From contig CAVZZO010000001.1 of NCBI GenBank assembly GCA_963779755.1, positions 192,001-256,000 on the forward strand: a stretch of 64,000 nt of DNA, written 5' to 3'. This document shows, one piece after another, positions 1 through 9,539 of the stretch. The translations under genes and the position numbers were made by a program. Positions within the stretch are counted from its first letter, which is position 1; every line of letters begins with the position of its first letter. Source of the DNA: an uncultured Gemmatimonadales bacterium. Its GTDB lineage: Bacteria > Gemmatimonadota > Gemmatimonadetes > Gemmatimonadales > GWC2-71-9. Under the pieces are notes generated by a model that did not search any database, had not been told where the DNA came from, and saw nothing but the letters and a program-made list of their open reading frames with translations.

Positions 1-1
1 G

Positions 2-700
2 CCCCAGATCCTCGAACGGGTTCGCCGCATGCGGGCCTTGCGCGACGCGCTGGCGGCCGCCGAGCGCGACCTGGTCAACGCCGAACGGCTCGCCGCCATC
101 GGCCAGATGACGGTCACCCTGCATCATGAGCTCAACAACCCGCTCATGGCGGCGGGAGCAGCGGTCGATCTTCTGCTGCGCCAGGCCGGCGGTCTGTCGG
201 CGATACAGCGCGAGTCGCTGGAGACGCTGCGCGACGCCTTGCACCGTATCGGTGCGACCCTGCGCAGGGCCGGGGAGCTGCACGCCGCCGAGCCGGTGGA
301 ATACATCGACGGCATTCAGATGATCGCTCTGGGGGAGACTCCCGCTCCCCGGCGGCCAGAGCAGCGGGGCGAGGCAGTGTTATGGATTCCCGATCGCGAC
401 CTGCAGCGGGTCGTGGCTCTCCTGTTGCGCCACGGCGGGTTCACCATCCGGGAGGTATCCCGGCCCGAGGAGATTCTCCCCACGGCCGGCCGGCTGGGGG
501 TCACTCTGGTGCTGGCGGCGCCGCCCGCCGGCGCCGGCATCGGCTTCAGCCCGCCCCGCGGCCGCCTCTGGCGGCTGGTGCTGCTCACCGGCCAGGACGA
601 TGCCGCCGGCCTCCGCGCCGCCGGCGCCGATGCGGTCATGCCCCTGCCGATCGATCCCGGCTCCTTCACCGGGGAGATCCTGCGGGTACTCGATGATTGA
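2..700 (+). CDS. Signal-transduction protein: HisKA dimerisation domain plus degenerate receiver-like domain (5' partial)
   Basis: Frame is open from the window edge. ERLAAIGQM..TLHHELNNPL H-box. No HATPase boxes. The C-terminus resembles a receiver fold (AAGADAVMPLP). Confidence 0.7.
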   Translation, partial: PQILERVRRMRALRDALAAAERDLVNAERLAAIGQMTVTLHHELNNPLMAAGAAVDLLLRQAGGLSAIQRESLETLRDALHRIGATLRRAGELHAAEPVEYIDGIQMIALGETPAPRRPEQRGEAVLWIPDRDLQRVVALLLRHGGFTIREVSRPEEILPTAGRLGVTLVLAAPPAGAGIGFSPPRGRLWRLVLLTGQDDAAGLRAAGADAVMPLPIDPGSFTGEILRVLDD

Positions 701-2209
701 TCAGTCGGGGCCGGTCGGGGCCGGGCGAGCGGGAGGTTCCGGGGTGCCGATATCCAGCTCCTCCCGGGTGGCGAGGCGGGGCAGCGTCCGGTCCGGCTCG
801 TGGGCCGGCGAAAATGCGACCACCGCCTCCGCCGGCAGCAGGTGGCGGATGCCATTGGCGTAATACTCCAGCAGAGGTCGCTGCTCCGGCAGCACCAGCA
901 GGGTCTCCCCCTCGGCCACGACCAGCCGGCGGAGATGGAACATCCGCCAGGCCCGGTCCCAGACGTCCGCGATGGGAATGTCTCCCCGAACCAGCCGCGC
1001 GTTGAGTGAGCGCAGGGTATCGCGCAGGTCGTCCATCCGCTCCAGCAGCCGGGAACGGCTGACGGCGCTGGAGCCGAACGAGAGTAGCGCCGCGGCGGCC
1101 AGCGGCACCGGGGTTACCGGCACGACCGCGCCGATTTCCCGCATCAGCAGTTCGCCCAGCCGTTGCACCCAGGGCAACCGCTCGGCGCGGGGCAGCGCCA
1201 GCACTCCGGCCGGTTGCCGTCCCACCCAGTCCCGGGCGGAGACGGGTGTTCCAAAAGTCACGGCCGCGCGCCCGTAGCGGCGCAGCCGCCCGGTGAGCAG
1301 GCGCGCGAGATTGGTCAGGAGATAGGCCGTGACCGTGGCAAGCTGCCGCGCCCGGCCCGGGAGACGCCCCCCCACGATCCGTTCCCGGATAAGGACACGG
1401 TCCTCCAGCACGCGGTCGTAGTTGATGCCGACGGGAATGAACCAGAGCCCGCGCTGAAAGGCCGGGTCGCGCAGACTGCCCAGCAGATAGTCCAGCAGCC
1501 CCAGCTTGGGCGGCCGCAGCGCGCCGTCGCGCGTGAGGCCGCCCTCCAGGAAGATCCCCTGTGTCACCCCGTTGCGGGTGATGAGCTGGACATACCGCTC
1601 CAGCACCGTGTGGTAGAGCGGTTCGCGGTAGCGCCGCCGCACGAAATAGCTGCCGAAGCTCTTGAAGACATACTCCAGCGGCCACACCCGCGCCCATTCT
1701 CCCACCGCATAGCTGATGCTCACCACCCGTGCCAGCACATAGGCCACGACTACGTAGTCGGCATTACTGCGGTGGTTCATGACGTAGACCACCACGTCCT
1801 CGCGGGGGATCCGCTCCAGCGCCTCGCGGTCTTCGTAGGCAATGGACGAGCGATACAGCAGGTTCAGGACCAGCCGGCTCAGGTTATAGCCCAGCCGGTA
1901 GTAGGAGAGCACGTTGAAGAAGGGGACGATCTCGTCGATATAGCGCACCACCCGGCGGCGAACCGCTTCCGGGGAGGTGCCGCTGGCCCGGGCACGTGCC
2001 GCGATGGCCTCGAGCACGGCGGAGTCGGCCAGCAGCTCGGCCTGGATATGCCGCCGGGCCACCAGCTTGTAGCGGTCCAGCCGGGCCCGGAACTGGCGCA
2101 CCGCGCGGCGGCCCATGCGCCGCAGCCTCCGCCGGAGCAGGCCGAGCGCCAGCAGACCCAGCACCAGGACCGCGCCGCCGGCCGCCAGCCAGCGCCAGGA
2201 ACCGGTCAC
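701..2209 (-). CDS. Glycerol-3-phosphate/lysophospholipid acyltransferase (PlsB/PlsC superfamily)
   Basis: NHRSNADY (HxxxxD) and FLEGGLTRDG motifs, plus an N-terminal TM helix. Confidence 0.85.
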   Translation of the reverse strand: MTGSWRWLAAGGAVLVLGLLALGLLRRRLRRMGRRAVRQFRARLDRYKLVARRHIQAELLADSAVLEAIAARARASGTSPEAVRRRVVRYIDEIVPFFNVLSYYRLGYNLSRLVLNLLYRSSIAYEDREALERIPREDVVVYVMNHRSNADYVVVAYVLARVVSISYAVGEWARVWPLEYVFKSFGSYFVRRRYREPLYHTVLERYVQLITRNGVTQGIFLEGGLTRDGALRPPKLGLLDYLLGSLRDPAFQRGLWFIPVGINYDRVLEDRVLIRERIVGGRLPGRARQLATVTAYLLTNLARLLTGRLRRYGRAAVTFGTPVSARDWVGRQPAGVLALPRAERLPWVQRLGELLMREIGAVVPVTPVPLAAAALLSFGSSAVSRSRLLERMDDLRDTLRSLNARLVRGDIPIADVWDRAWRMFHLRRLVVAEGETLLVLPEQRPLLEYYANGIRHLLPAEAVVAFSPAHEPDRTLPRLATREELDIGTPEPPARPAPTGPD

Positions 2210-3243
2210 CCCATGGCGCCCGCGGACGAGTTGAGCGCATTGCGCTTGGCTTCCTGGTAGGCCATGCCGCGCAGCCGCGCGATGCGCACCCGGGTCGGCG
2301 GGTGGGAGGCGAGAATATCGCCCAACCGGCCCTCACGGTCGGCGATGTGCCGGTCGCCCGGGTCCACGATGCAGAGGTGGGCCGCGCCCCGCTTGATTGT
2401 CCGGGTGGGATCCGCCGCCGCCTCGAGCTTGTCCAGCGCCGATGCCAGCGCCATCGGGTTCCGGGTAAACTGCGCGCCGGTGGCATCGGCCAGAAACTCG
2501 CGCTTGCGGCTCACCGCCATGGCCAGGATGCGGGAGATGAGCGGCGCCAGGATCAGCGTGACCAGCCAGAGCGCCAGCACCAGGAGGCCCAGGGGGTTAT
2601 TGCCGCCGCGCCGCCCGCCGGAGCTGCGGCCGCCACTCACCCGGACACCCCCGCGCAACACCCGGCCCAGCCCGTCGTGCATCAGCACGATGGCGCCCAC
2701 CATCGCCGCCAGCAGCGTCATCAGGCGGATGTCCAGATTGCCGATGTGCGCCATCTCATGCGCGATGACGCCCTGCAGCTCATCTCGATTGAGCGTGCGC
2801 AGCAACCCCTCGGTCACCGCGATATTCGCGTGCCCCGCGTCGAGGCCGGTAGCGAAGGCGTTGGGATCGGGATCGGGCACGATCCAGATGCGCGGCCGCG
2901 GCGTGCCCGAGGCGATGGCCATCTCCTCCACTACGTTCACCAGCTGTTGCTGCTCCGGGGTATCGGGAGTGATCAGCTCCCAGGCACCGGTGGACCAGAG
3001 TACCCGGCTGGCGCCCCGCTGCCAGGAATAGAGGCAGACCACGGCGGCCGCCGCGCTCAGTACCAGGCCGATGAAGGGAACGACATGGTGGTACGCACCG
3101 GGGGGCGCGTCGCGAGTCAGCAGATAGGCGGCGAGATCGCCACCAAATCCGACCCAGGCAAAAAAGAGGATAAAGCCGGCGACCAGCCAGACCGACCGGC
3201 GGCGATTGGACTCCTGTTGCGCGAAGAGATTGGGCGCCGTCAC
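2206..3243 (-). CDS. htpX: M48 zinc metalloprotease, HtpX-like
   Basis: PNAFATG, IAHEMAH, SRKREFLAD and ASHPP motifs. GTG start overlaps the lemA stop (GTGA). Confidence 0.9.
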   Translation of the reverse strand: MTAPNLFAQQESNRRRSVWLVAGFILFFAWVGFGGDLAAYLLTRDAPPGAYHHVVPFIGLVLSAAAAVVCLYSWQRGASRVLWSTGAWELITPDTPEQQQLVNVVEEMAIASGTPRPRIWIVPDPDPNAFATGLDAGHANIAVTEGLLRTLNRDELQGVIAHEMAHIGNLDIRLMTLLAAMVGAIVLMHDGLGRVLRGGVRVSGGRSSGGRRGGNNPLGLLVLALWLVTLILAPLISRILAMAVSRKREFLADATGAQFTRNPMALASALDKLEAAADPTRTIKRGAAHLCIVDPGDRHIADREGRLGDILASHPPTRVRIARLRGMAYQEAKRNALNSSAGAMG

Positions 3244-3812
3244 GCCTGCGGCTTGTTCATGGAGAGATCGACCTGCGGCACCGCCCGCTCGGCCGGCTCG
3301 TCGATTTCCCACAGCTCCGCCGGCGTCGCCCGGGCCATGCCCGCCACCAGATTGGTGGGGAACTGCATCTGCCGGGTGTTGTACTCGGTGGCGACGTCGT
3401 TGTAGAGCTGGCGCGCAAACCCCACCTTGTTCTCCGTGCTGGTGAGCTCTTCCTGCAGCTGCGCGATGTTCCCGGTGGCCTTGAGATCGGGGTAATTCTC
3501 TACCAGGGCAAAGAGCCGCCCCAGCGCCTGGGTCAGCTCACCCTCGGCCCGCGCCGTTTCCTTCACGCCGCTCGCCGCTACCGCCCGGTTCCGGGCGGCG
3601 ATAACCGCTTCCATCGTGTTGCGCTCGAACTGCATGGCGCCCTTCACCGTATTCACCAGGTTGGGAATCAGATCGTGCCGCCGCTTGAGCTGCACGTCGA
3701 TCTGCTTCCAGGCGTTCAGCACCCGGTTCTTCAGCGCGACGAGGACATTGTAGGTACGGATCAGCCAGACCACCAGCAGCGCGAAGGCGGCGAGGAGAAT
3801 GAAGCCGAGCAT
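3240..3812 (-). CDS. lemA: LemA family protein
   Basis: NAWKQIDVQLKRRHDLIPNLV, ENYPDLKA and ARQLYND motifs. Classic lemA-htpX pairing. Confidence 0.95.
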   Translation of the reverse strand: MLGFILLAAFALLVVWLIRTYNVLVALKNRVLNAWKQIDVQLKRRHDLIPNLVNTVKGAMQFERNTMEAVIAARNRAVAASGVKETARAEGELTQALGRLFALVENYPDLKATGNIAQLQEELTSTENKVGFARQLYNDVATEYNTRQMQFPTNLVAGMARATPAELWEIDEPAERAVPQVDLSMNKPQA

Positions 3813-3878
3813 GTCGATCTCCCGGACTGAGGAAAGGAGTACTGTACCGCAACGGCGCACGCCGGGGGGCGTGGCCGG

Positions 3879-4529
3879 TCAGGCGTCCTCTCCTTCCACC
3901 GCGCGCGCGATCGCGTCCCGAATGGCCTCGGCCAGCGCCTGCTCGCCGGCGGGGCGGTGGAAGAGCGGATGGCGCTCGTCGATCAGCAGCTCGAGTCCGG
4001 CGTCCAGCGGCAGCCGCCGGCAGGTGCTGGGCCGGGCAGGGCTCCCGGTCGCTTCGGCCGGCCGGGCCCAGCCGGCCATCACCCGCCCCACCTTGCCGCG
4101 GGGCACCTCCTGTGGCGGCAGCAGCAGACGGTCCGGCGGGGGGAGGCCTGCGCCCAGCGCGGCAGCCACCCGGCGCTCGACCACATCGCCGCCCTGGTCC
4201 TGGAGGTCGCGGGTAATGGCGCCCAGCGTGGCTCCCTCCATTTGGCGGAGCTTGATCGCCAGCACCTGGAGCAGGTGGCGGTAGGTGTAAATCGCGGCGG
4301 TACCGCGGCCCTCGGGCGGGCTCACCAGCCCCTGGGCTACGTAGAACCGGATGGTTCGTTCGGTGGGCCGGGCACGCGCGGCGGCATTGAGAGGAAACAC
4401 CCCGGAGGCACCGAGGATAGCCCCCGCGAGCGCACTCAGATCGCGCAGGCTCCAGGGCGCCAGCGCCCGGTATTCGCGCAGCACCGTAATGGGATCGGGC
4501 GATGCCGGATTGGGGCGGGCGGCGGTCAT
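3879..4529 (-). CDS. MerR-like HTH transcriptional regulator
   Basis: TERTIRFYVAQGLVSPPEGRG..YTYRHL winged HTH. ATG overlaps the upstream stop. Confidence 0.8.
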   Translation of the reverse strand: MTAARPNPASPDPITVLREYRALAPWSLRDLSALAGAILGASGVFPLNAAARARPTERTIRFYVAQGLVSPPEGRGTAAIYTYRHLLQVLAIKLRQMEGATLGAITRDLQDQGGDVVERRVAAALGAGLPPPDRLLLPPQEVPRGKVGRVMAGWARPAEATGSPARPSTCRRLPLDAGLELLIDERHPLFHRPAGEQALAEAIRDAIARAVEGEDA

Positions 4530-4933
4530 GCCGACCCGTTGCTCTGCCGCGGCAGAGACTCGGTCTGCGCCGACAGTACCGTGGCGATCAGCGATTCCAG
4601 TTCCTTGAGGGCAAACGGTTTGGCCAGCATGGGCCGGCGGCGCAGCTCCTCCGGCCATTCATCGCGGCAGTGTTCCGGGTCGCCGCTCATGAATACCACC
4701 CGGCCCCGCAGCCGGGGCCAGCGCCGCACCAGGGCAAGGTACAAGGTATCGCCCGTCATCTGGGGCATGCGGACGTCCAGCAGCACCAGATCCACGTCCG
4801 TCTCCGACAGCAGCTCGTAGGCGGAATCGGCGCCCGAGGCCAGCAGCACTTCGTACCCGCACCACCGGAGCGCCCGGTCCAGGGCGTGCCGGATGCTGGG
4901 CTCGTCATCGATCACCAGCAGCCGCGTGCTCAC
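4526..4933 (-). CDS. Single-domain response regulator (CheY-like)
   Basis: LLVIDDE, LLDVRMP, FMSG and LAKPF motifs. Confidence 0.9.
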   Translation of the reverse strand: MSTRLLVIDDEPSIRHALDRALRWCGYEVLLASGADSAYELLSETDVDLVLLDVRMPQMTGDTLYLALVRRWPRLRGRVVFMSGDPEHCRDEWPEELRRRPMLAKPFALKELESLIATVLSAQTESLPRQSNGSA

Positions 4934-5721
4934 GATACCGCCTCCCGGGCCTGCTCGAAATAGCGCGACGTCACGATGGCCAGCGCATCCTCGGCCGACA
5001 GGGAGAGGCGCAACTCCCCGGCGGTCAGCCCGAAGACTTCCTTGAGATGCATCTGCAGGCTCCTCGCCTTGCTGTAACCCAGCTTCATCGCCACGTCCTC
5101 TACCGTATAGCCCGGATCCAGCAGCAGCCGGTGCGCGTACAACAGCCGCGCCAGCATCAGTACCACCTTGGGCGACGGCAACCCGCTGCGGGCAAACCAG
5201 CGCTCGCAGGTGCGCCGCTGCAGGCTGGCCCGGTCCGCCAGCGCCGACACGGTGGCGGCATCGGTGGGCGTGTGCAGCATTGCCTCCAGTGCCCAGCGCA
5301 GCTGCGGCGGTAGCCCCTTCAGCAGCCCGACGATGGCCTGAATCACCTTGCGGGAAGCGGTCTGCTCCAGCTCCTCCCGCAGTGCCACCCGCAGGGCCGG
5401 CGGGGAGTCGTCGAACCGGGTGAACACCGCCCGGCGGATCCCGATCCGCCCCAACTCCAGCAGCACCCCCGCCGTATCGGGCGACAGGGTGGTGTAGACC
5501 AGCAGCGGCAGCGAGGGGAAGAGAACCCGAAGCCGTTCGATCTCATGCGTACGGGGCTGCCCGCTGAGCAGCGGGTCGGCCACGACCATCTCGATCGGCT
5601 GGCGCCGGATGATCTCGATCACCTCGGCCCAGGCGGGCACCGTGACGAACGCATAGCGATCGGGCTCCGCAGAGCGCAACCGCTGGACACGATCGTCGGG
5701 AACCGCGGCCAGGAGCAGCAT
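4930..5721 (-). CDS. AraC-family regulator with N-terminal receiver-like domain
   Basis: C-terminal TVEDVAMKLGYS..LQMHLKEVFGLT AraC signature. N-terminal VVADP..LPLLVYT is receiver-like. Confidence 0.85.
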   Translation of the reverse strand: MLLLAAVPDDRVQRLRSAEPDRYAFVTVPAWAEVIEIIRRQPIEMVVADPLLSGQPRTHEIERLRVLFPSLPLLVYTTLSPDTAGVLLELGRIGIRRAVFTRFDDSPPALRVALREELEQTASRKVIQAIVGLLKGLPPQLRWALEAMLHTPTDAATVSALADRASLQRRTCERWFARSGLPSPKVVLMLARLLYAHRLLLDPGYTVEDVAMKLGYSKARSLQMHLKEVFGLTAGELRLSLSAEDALAIVTSRYFEQAREAVS

Positions 5722-5723
5722 CG

Positions 5724-5760
5724 TGTCGCAAAAACGTCCCTTGCTGTCGCGAAACAGGCC
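5724..5760 (+). promoter_or_regulatory. Tandem direct repeats with 21-bp period, putative AraC-family binding site
   Basis: TGTCGCAAAAACGTCC at 5724 and TGTCGCGAAACAGGCC at 5745, between the AraC gene and the divergent peptide gene. Confidence 0.55.
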
Positions 5761-5832
5761 TAACAGGAAGTCGGCGTCGCCGCAATTTTGCGGCACCCCT
5801 GACGCCCTCCCTGCCGTTAAAGGAGTCGAGTC

Positions 5833-5973
5833 ATGCTTCTCAGCAAGCGCCTGGTCCTCGCCCTGCTCGTCGTCGCGATGTTCGGCGTGTCCGCCTGCTC
5901 CGACGCTACCGGCCCTCGTCCCGATAGCCAGCCGTGCGAGCAGCAGGGCACGGGTGGCAGAACCTGCCAGTGA
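5833..5973 (+). CDS. 46-aa secreted lipopeptide (not in ORF track)
   Basis: AAGGAG RBS. Sequence MLLSKRLVLALLVVAMFGVSACSDATGPRPDSQPCEQQGTGGRTCQ, with basic N-region, hydrophobic core and lipobox-like VSAC. Third codon positions are GC-rich. Confidence 0.75.
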   Translation: MLLSKRLVLALLVVAMFGVSACSDATGPRPDSQPCEQQGTGGRTCQ

Positions 5974-5974
5974 T

Positions 5975-7240
5975 CTAGACGCCTACCTGGGCAAGTTCCC
6001 GGATCCCCTCGGAAATCTGCACGACGGCCGGAGCCTGGACCGCTTCGGCCGTCTCGTTTCTGGTATGCCAGCTGTCGGGGCAGGGTTCGAGCCCGCGCAG
6101 CACCCGGTCGATCCGGAAATACCACTCGTTGAGGCCGTGCGTCTCGGCCAGGGTCAGCGCCTCGCGCATGACGGAGCGGGCGCGCTGTTCGCGCCCGAAG
6201 CGGGCCAGGCCCACCCCCATCTTGTAACGGTAGTCGATGGCCATGCTGGGCGGCATGCGATTTTCCACCAGGCGCGCCTCCTGCCGGAACCGCTCGTACG
6301 CCACCCGGTTCCCCACCGCCGACTCCAGATCCATCAGCTCAAGATAGACGTTGGCCCGGATAAGGAAGCCGGCATCACCCCGCAGCACCATTTCGAAGCA
6401 GTGCCGCGCCGCATCATAGGCCCCGACGGCCCGCAACGCGATGCCCAGGTCGCCCAGGACACGGCTGCGCTGGATGGGATCGCGCAGGCGCTTGAGGGCT
6501 TCGTACTTGGCGACCAGATCGCCGAAGATATCCCCCTGCACCGCCAGCACCACCGAGAGGTCGAACCAGGCACGGCCCTGCACCTCGAGCAGCGGCTTGC
6601 TGTCGCAGTCCTGGATGATCCGCTTCAGCGCCGCCTGGGCCGACGACAGGTTCCCCCGGCCCCGGAGCACGTTGGCCTGGCCGATCCGGGCCAGCATCAC
6701 CTCGTTCAGTTCGCCGCAGCGCTGCCCGGCCTGCTCCGCCATCCCGTAGGCTCGTCCGGCGGCATCCCAATGGGCCAGCGCCCGATGTATCCGCCCGATG
6801 AACAGGGCCAGGGTGGGCAGCTCACCCACGGGAATCCCGGACCCATACGTATGCGCGGCCAGCCCCAGCATGTCCAGCGCCTCTTCCAGGCGGCCCTCAT
6901 GCTCGAGGTAGTAGGCGAAGGCCAGGGCCGCCATCCGCATGATGGTGGCGCGGTGCCGTTCTTCGATGCAGACCGATTCGACGATGCCGAGCAGGTGGGC
7001 CGCTTCCGGCTGATCGGAGGGAAGCTCGCGGAGAAAGCGCTGGGTGCTCTGCAGCTGCCAGTTGAAGCCTTCGACCTCATCCGGCTCGCTGCTCAGCCGC
7101 AGCCGGCGGTCGAACAGGCGGGCGACAAGATAGGCTCCCAGCGCGGTGCGGGACCCCAGCTCATTGCCCTGTTCGCGCTCGGCGCGGGCGCGATCCAGAA
7201 AAGAGGAGAAGCCGACAAGATCCGCCGAAGGCGGTCTCAC
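5975..7240 (-). CDS. Tetratricopeptide-repeat protein
   Basis: Repeated TPR-like helices (YLEHEGRLEEALDML, LGIALRAVGAYDAARHCF, MGVGLARFG). Start uncertain: GTG 7240 chosen, the ORF extends to 7408. Confidence 0.75.
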   Translation of the reverse strand: MRPPSADLVGFSSFLDRARAEREQGNELGSRTALGAYLVARLFDRRLRLSSEPDEVEGFNWQLQSTQRFLRELPSDQPEAAHLLGIVESVCIEERHRATIMRMAALAFAYYLEHEGRLEEALDMLGLAAHTYGSGIPVGELPTLALFIGRIHRALAHWDAAGRAYGMAEQAGQRCGELNEVMLARIGQANVLRGRGNLSSAQAALKRIIQDCDSKPLLEVQGRAWFDLSVVLAVQGDIFGDLVAKYEALKRLRDPIQRSRVLGDLGIALRAVGAYDAARHCFEMVLRGDAGFLIRANVYLELMDLESAVGNRVAYERFRQEARLVENRMPPSMAIDYRYKMGVGLARFGREQRARSVMREALTLAETHGLNEWYFRIDRVLRGLEPCPDSWHTRNETAEAVQAPAVVQISEGIRELAQVGV

Positions 7241-7578
7241 CGCAAAGAGATCGTCGGGACAGAACACCCGGGCACTCCCGGAGTAGGCGTGGCTCAGCAC
7301 AGTCTGGCTAGTATGCCCTAACCCGCAGTGCGCGGCAAGCCCCGTTGGGGGAAGGGAGCCCGCCAGCCATCGCAACCGCTCTCTACGGTTGGCCCCTGCA
7401 AAACGCACGAAGTATGCCTCCTGCGACAGGGCTCCGCCATTAACAGCCAGCTGCTTGCCCCGGCGCGAGATAAGCCGGGAATCCCTGCGGCGGCACCCTG
7501 GCCCTGCTCGCGTTTCAGCGCCGCCTCCTGCAACAACCGGATGACGGACCGTCGCTCGCCGCCAGCGACATTGTCCCC

Positions 7579-8001
7579 ATGCGCCGTGGCACTACGCTGA
7601 CCGAGCTTCTGCTGGCCCTCGTCGTCCTGGCGGTTACGGCGGCCCTGGTCGTGCCGAAAGTTGCACCCTGGGTCGACCGTGCCGCGGTCGAACGCAGCGC
7701 CAGAGCCATCGCCAGCGCCCAGACCAGAGCTCGGCTGGAGGCCGCCGCGCGCGGAACCGTTCTCATCATGACGATCGGCACCGACAGTCTCCGACTCGAG
7801 GACCGGCTGGGCGCCAGGCTGTGGCAGGCGCCCGGTCCGGGGGCGGCGAACGTCGCGCTGGCACCGGCCGGTCACCAGGTCACCTACGCTCCCTCGGGAC
7901 TGGCCCTCGGTTTTTCGAATGTTACCCTGCGACTCTCCCGCGGATCGGCTCAGCGCCGGGTGGTCATCTCCCGGATGGGAAGAGTCCGGGTGCTGCCGTG
8001 A
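7579..8001 (+). CDS. Prepilin-type GspH/FimT-like minor pilin
   Basis: RRG|TTLTELLLALVVL type IV prepilin signal (E at +5). C-terminal VVISRMGRVR is typical of FimT/GspH. Confidence 0.85.
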   Translation: MRRGTTLTELLLALVVLAVTAALVVPKVAPWVDRAAVERSARAIASAQTRARLEAAARGTVLIMTIGTDSLRLEDRLGARLWQAPGPGAANVALAPAGHQVTYAPSGLALGFSNVTLRLSRGSAQRRVVISRMGRVRVLP

Positions 8002-8021
8002 GCCGGCCGCCCTGTCCCCGG

Positions 8022-8402
8022 TTATCGCACCGATTCAAGCCCATAGCGGCGGATCTTCGCCAGCAGAGTAGAGCGGGCGACCCCCAGCTGGAGTGCCGCC
8101 TGCCGGCGATTGCCCCCCGTGTACCGCAGCATGTCAGCGATGTGCCGGCGTTCCGCCTCTTCCAGCGACAGAGGCGCGGCGGGAAGGCGCGGCGCGAGTG
8201 CGGCTCGCAGTGCGGCAAGATCGACGTCGGGCAGGCCCGGGTCCAGGAGCACGAGGCGGAATGCGCCGCCGGCCACCGCCTGAGCGGCTTCGGCGCCGTC
8301 GTGGACGAGCATCGTCCGGTATCCGGCAGCCTCGAACATGGCTCGCAGTTGTTCCTGCCGGAGGGGGTCGCGCTCCAGCACCAGCACGGTCGCCTCGCTC
8401 AT
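8022..8402 (-). CDS. Short receiver fragment fused to Fis-type HTH
   Basis: LVLLDPGLP followed by LEEAERRHI..GGNRRQAALQLGVARSTLLAKIRRYGL. Confidence 0.85.
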   Translation of the reverse strand: MSEATVLVLERDPLRQEQLRAMFEAAGYRTMLVHDGAEAAQAVAGGAFRLVLLDPGLPDVDLAALRAALAPRLPAAPLSLEEAERRHIADMLRYTGGNRRQAALQLGVARSTLLAKIRRYGLESVR

Positions 8403-8463
8403 GGCACTTAGTATATCTTTGGGCGGGAGTCCCGCAACGCCGCCTCAGCCCACCGACACCGTC

Positions 8464-9441
8464 ATGGATATCATCGACCTCACCCGCCTCGAAGTCGGGC
8501 ACCGGCTGCAGGATCCGCTGCTGGTCCTGGAGATCGACCAGCGCGGTAGCGGGGAGGGCTCCTTTACCGTGCTCACCTTCGGCAACAGCACGGGGCGAAT
8601 CGCCAGCGCGCCCTTCTGGTTTGAAGAACAGCCGCGGGTCGCGGGCGTCGGCCGGGGCGATGTGGTCCAGGTCATCGGCGAGGTAACCACCTACCGCGAC
8701 CGGCGCCAGCTGAAAGTCACCTCGCTCCGCGTATTGCCGCGGGGCAACGTGGATTGGCGGTCCCTGCTCCCCTCGGTGGGCGATACCACCCGCTACTGGG
8801 AGGTGCTCGATCAGTGGCGCCGGGATATCGCCGGCGGCCGCCTGCGGGATACGCTCGCTCTCTTCTACGAGGACGACGACTTCCGCCGCCGGTACGGCGA
8901 ATGCCCCGCCAGCCTGAGCGGGCATCACGCCATGCTGGGCGGTCTGCTCAAGCACACCGCCGAGGTCGCCACCATCGGGCGGGCCATCGCCCGCACCATC
9001 CCGCGCGCCGATCCCGACCTGGTACTGGCCGGCGTGCTGCTGCACGATATCGGCAAGCTGGAATCCTACCGCTGGGAAGGGGTCTTCGAGATGACCGACC
9101 GCGGCGCCCTCTATGGCCACGTCGTGCTGGGCACCCTGATGCTCGAGCGCCGCATCCGGGACTGTCCCGCTCCCCCCTGTGAGCCCGCCGAACTCGATCT
9201 GCTGCACCACCTCATCCTGAGCCACCATGGGAAGCTGGAATTCGGGGCGCCGGTCTCCCCCATGACGCTCGAGGCGGAGATCCTCCATTTTGCCGACAAC
9301 GCCAGCGCCAAGACCACCAGCATGGCCGACGCCCTGGCCGACGGCGAGAATTTCACCGGCGACGGCCTGGTCAGCGCCCGGACCATCTGGCAGCTGGACC
9401 GCCGGAGAGCCTATCGCGGGACGAGCGACTGGGGCCGGTAG
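8464..9441 (+). CDS. yhaM: OB-fold/HD-domain 3'-5' exoribonuclease, YhaM-like
   Basis: HHAMLGGLLKHT, LLHDIGK, GHV, ILSHHG and EAEILHFAD motifs, with an N-terminal OB fold. Confidence 0.85.
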   Translation: MDIIDLTRLEVGHRLQDPLLVLEIDQRGSGEGSFTVLTFGNSTGRIASAPFWFEEQPRVAGVGRGDVVQVIGEVTTYRDRRQLKVTSLRVLPRGNVDWRSLLPSVGDTTRYWEVLDQWRRDIAGGRLRDTLALFYEDDDFRRRYGECPASLSGHHAMLGGLLKHTAEVATIGRAIARTIPRADPDLVLAGVLLHDIGKLESYRWEGVFEMTDRGALYGHVVLGTLMLERRIRDCPAPPCEPAELDLLHHLILSHHGKLEFGAPVSPMTLEAEILHFADNASAKTTSMADALADGENFTGDGLVSARTIWQLDRRRAYRGTSDWGR

Positions 9442-9450
9442 CGAATGCGC

Positions 9451-9539
9451 AAATGTGGATTCACATTCTCCACACGGGTGTGGACAGGGGGCCAAGCTGG
9501 CTTTCCGATCAGCACTTAGCGATCCACATTTCTTCCACT
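9451..9539. promoter_or_regulatory. Cluster of DnaA-box-like 9-mers
   Basis: TGTGGATTC 9454, TTCTCCACA 9466, TGTGGACAG 9479, CGATCCACA 9520, TCTTCCACT 9531. Each matches 7-8 of 9 positions of TTWTCCACA. Confidence 0.5.

Noticed and set aside
5773..5806. Hairpin GCCGCAA-TT-TTGCGGC upstream of the peptide gene as a terminator
   Set aside because: It lies between divergent genes with no U-tract. It may be an operator or leader structure but cannot be assigned.
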